NCBI RefSeq assembly: GCF_009914755.1
Contig: NC_060930.1
Length of the DNA: 64,000 bases
From: the human T2T-CHM13v2.0 reference genome, Homo sapiens
Direction: 5' to 3' (one strand)
In this document: positions 60,712-64,000 of the stretch, one piece after another
Numbering within the stretch: position 1 is the first letter of the stretch
Layout of the letters: each line of letters begins with the position of its first letter
Position numbers and translations under genes: made by a program
The notes under the pieces: generated by a model
Told to the model about the DNA's origin: nothing
What the model saw: only the letters and a program-made list of their open reading frames with translations
Database searches by the model: none

Positions 60712-62461
60712 CTAAGGCCAACTCTTGTACCTGCTCTTAAATAGCAGTTGTTTTACTAGATTTGTACTGAAACCTTTTTAAAAATCTGTTTGTCTTATAT
60801 ATAACAAGCATTTCCAGTAGTTAATAATACTTTCTTAGCTCTTCAATCATTTTATGAGAGCATTACAAGAAAAGCAGGAGATGGGGAAAGAGATATCTTG
60901 TTTGCCATGTAGGATGCATGAAATTCTTACTTAGTCTGTTGTGTTTTGGATTCGAGAGAAAATATGTAATGAATCAAAATGTTTCCTACAGTCCTCTGAA
61001 AAGATGTAATGAGACAGTCTTCCAGCAGCCTTTGATCATCTGGGAAGTCATTGACTTTGATCCTTATCCTATCAGGGGCTCTTACCCTGGGGTCCATAAA
61101 TACCCAGGCATTTTTAAGAAGTGGATTTCAGTATAACTTGTTTCATTTTGTGATTTTTAAAAATATTTTGTTTTATGCACTTAAAACCTTAATCTGAGAA
61201 GTCATCTGTAGACTATACCAGATTTCCAAATGGAATAAAAATATTTAAGAACTCTCTTATGTGTGTGTTTCAACCTATAAATTTTATATGTGTAGCTCAT
61301 GGTTAGGTGGTAAGTAGAGAATTTGCTATCTGTGTAATATTTGGTACTTTTTATAATGAAAAAGGAAGTAATACAATGATAGGTACCATTTATTTGTTGA
61401 CCACCCATATTTTCCAGGGAATGTGATAGATACTTTTTATATATTCTTTCTAGTTTTCACCATAACATGCTGCAGGGATAGTGTTACCATTCTCATTTTG
61501 CAGATGAAGAAATTGAAACCCAGAACAATTCGTTCATTCATTCAAAAAATATCCATAGAGCATACACTAAGAGAAGGCACTCTGCTAGGCACCAGAAATT
61601 GAATAATTGACCCCAAATCACCTAACTCATAAGTGGCAAAGCTGGACCTAACAAAGCCCATTATCCCTTCTATCACACATTCCATCCTCATAATATCATA
61701 TTCTACATAGAAAAACTTAACAGTCCTGTTGAGACACTTGGAACTCTAAGAAGGTAGTCAACAGATACTTTTCTCTTTATATAAATATGATATCTAATTA
61801 GCTTTTCCTGGAAAGGAGTGATTCTGCCTTTTTTTAATTCTAGCATTCCCTGAGCAAATTAGAGCCCAGGTAATGATTTCCTGAGATAAGTCAATTCTCT
61901 TCTAGGACAATCTCTAGTCTTGTCATCATGAGATGGAATAACAACGGTCTATGTCATTTCAGTGACGGCACCTGCATGTCCTTGTATCTAAGAAAAGACA
62001 CCTCCTTCTCTGCCTTGCTAAATATTTGTAAACTTTGCTTTAATTGGTATATGTGCCACTGTTTTGTATGTGGGAGGGGTTTATGGTTTTGTTTTGTTTT
62101 TTGGTCTTTTTTAGTAACCCCAATCCAAACTATTCTCATTTGTAACCTAAAATACTTAGAACAAGAGGCTTTGCAATCTTGAAGACCGAATACATTTTTA
62201 CTACTAAATGTAAGGCAGATTTGAGCCACCCATTTTGTAGTGCTTGATTATGGCAACCCGAGGAAACTAATACGGTTACTCTTTATCTTTATTAGGAAAT
62301 ACTGCTGTAGTTCCTGTTGTAATCCTTAGGGAGCCAACATTGTTGATGAGACCTAGTACCAAGCCAGAGGCCATGTTGAACTAGCAAGATATGGGATAGT
62401 TTTTACTTTCAAAGTAATTAGCATCTAGAGTCTAGAGAGTTTCTCTTACAGGGTGGCCTGG

Positions 62462-62877
62462 TGTCTTAGTCTATTTTCTGTTCCTATAATAGAATACCTG
62501 AGACTGGGTAATGTACAAATTATAAAGATTTGTTTGACTCACAATCCTAGAGGCTGGGAGGTTCAAGATCAGACAGCCACATCTGGCCATCCTTTAATGA
62601 GGGCCTCATGCTGTGTCATAACACAGCAGAGAATTGGAAGGAGAAATGGGCACATGCAAAGAGAAAGAAAGGGGACGAAAGGGGCTAACTCACTTTGTAA
62701 CTATGAGACTAATCCATTCCCTGGAGAACTAATTTATTCTCATGAGAAAGACATGAATACATCTTAACATCCTAATCACTTCTTAAAGGCCTCAACTCTG
62801 TACACTGCTACATTGTAACAGGCAATTAAATTTCAGCATGAGTTTTGGTGGGGACAAACTACATCCCAACTGTAGTA
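62462..62877 (-). mobile_element. MST (MSTB-like) MaLR solo LTR
   Basis: tgtcttagtc...gaatacctgagactgggtaat...gcaattaaatttcagcatgagttttgg; TSD cctgg/cctag. Confidence 0.88.
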
Positions 62878-63494
62878 CCTAGCTACCCACTTTATTTTTA
62901 GAGTGGCTATTTAATGACCTGGCAAGATCTACTGTGCTTGTAAAAGAATCCACCATGGGTTAAAGAAAAATAGTTTCTGGCTTCCAGTCTCCTTTTGGCC
63001 TCTCTCTAGAATGGCATATACAAGTTCAGTGGTTACTGACTTCAAAGGTGGGGTGGAAGACACTGAAATGAATTTTTCTCCTTTCTTTGGTTGGTTGCTC
63101 TCTCTCTTTGTTGCTGAAATTTGTGTAGGATAATGGAATGAATATGGGAGATAGGGAACTATAGAAAGACTGGAGGGAAGGGAGAAGTCTTTTCTGAATT
63201 AACCCCCCATGTGCTTGTGAGACCCTTGGACCCCAAAGGGCTCCTGACTGGCTGGGCCCACTCCTTCTGTATATGGAGCCATAGGGCTTTTCTCTGGCTT
63301 CCCAGTTGAAGCATTGTCATATGCTTTGATGCTCAGCATTTCTGGCAATTTTACCTTGTAAAACTCCCGTTTCGACATTCTGAACTTAAGTAGAAAATGG
63401 GAATATAAGCCTCTTGTTTTTTGCTCTTAATCCATTCCAGAACTATAAGTCCCTGGGTTCTTGGCAACAACAGGTGTTCCTCTAGATTTTAAAT

Positions 63495-63497
<3 letters not shown>

Positions 63498-63534
<37 letters not shown>
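63498..63534. repeat. Perfect (GT)18 microsatellite
   Basis: Direct count. Confidence 0.97.
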
Positions 63535-63535
<1 letters not shown>

Positions 63536-64000
63536 AATATCTCACTAAAACGACAGTGTTGTCATCAATTTTGGCTTCATGGAGGGTCTTGAGCTGGGTG
63601 GAGATGGGAGGAAGCTATCCTTGTCCATGCGGTTTGGAGACTTGCTCTAAAAAAGAGACCGTCTACTTCCCTCGTAGTTTTTGTTTTGAAGACATTTGTA
63701 GTGTTTACCAGGAGCATACAGTTATCTGGAAAATGCAGACTGATGACAATAGTATTTGAAATGCTCGTAGATCTGCTTCTAGGTTGATGGAAAGAATGTA
63801 TGTTCCAAGGTACAAGTGCTTGTTGACTTTTCGGATGCAGCCAGTCTGTGCTCTTTGTCAGGTAACTCGGAATCACTCCACAGTAGCTGTCCTTCCTGTC
63901 CATTTGACAAGCACTTAAAAGGGCAGTCTTAAGTACTTTACTTCATAGTTTATTAATTTTTTCCCTTCTTTAGTTTGCAATCTACTCTCAGAAACTGAAA

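Overview
Human (or very close great-ape) genomic DNA from the estrogen receptor alpha gene ESR1, transcribed on the + strand. The window holds the last ~5.5 kb of coding intron 3, coding exon 4 (5499-5834, 336 nt: hinge/NLS and start of the ligand-binding domain, G254-G366) and the first ~58 kb of intron 4; exon 5 is not reached. The rest is AT-rich intronic DNA full of Alu, L1, L2, MIR, MaLR/ERVL LTRs, hAT DNA-transposon fossils and microsatellites. Almost all ORFs in the supplied track are repeat-derived or chance. I see no prokaryote-type or wholly new gene system. The signals most worth following are: (i) a series of splice-competent cryptic exons in intron 4 that would give C-terminally truncated or insertion ER-alpha isoforms (10441, 14672, 31591 with an 87-codon in-frame ORF, 44765, and exon-4 read-through); (ii) two locally templated insertions (1096-1262, containing a 56-nt copy of 3586-3641; and 48821-48987, copied from 48270-48437 into an Alu, with sharply asymmetric divergence); (iii) two L1s with twin-priming 5' inversions; (iv) inverted repeats bracketing the symmetric, stop-free exon 4. 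Repeat subfamily names are by-eye calls and need RepeatMasker/Dfam confirmation.
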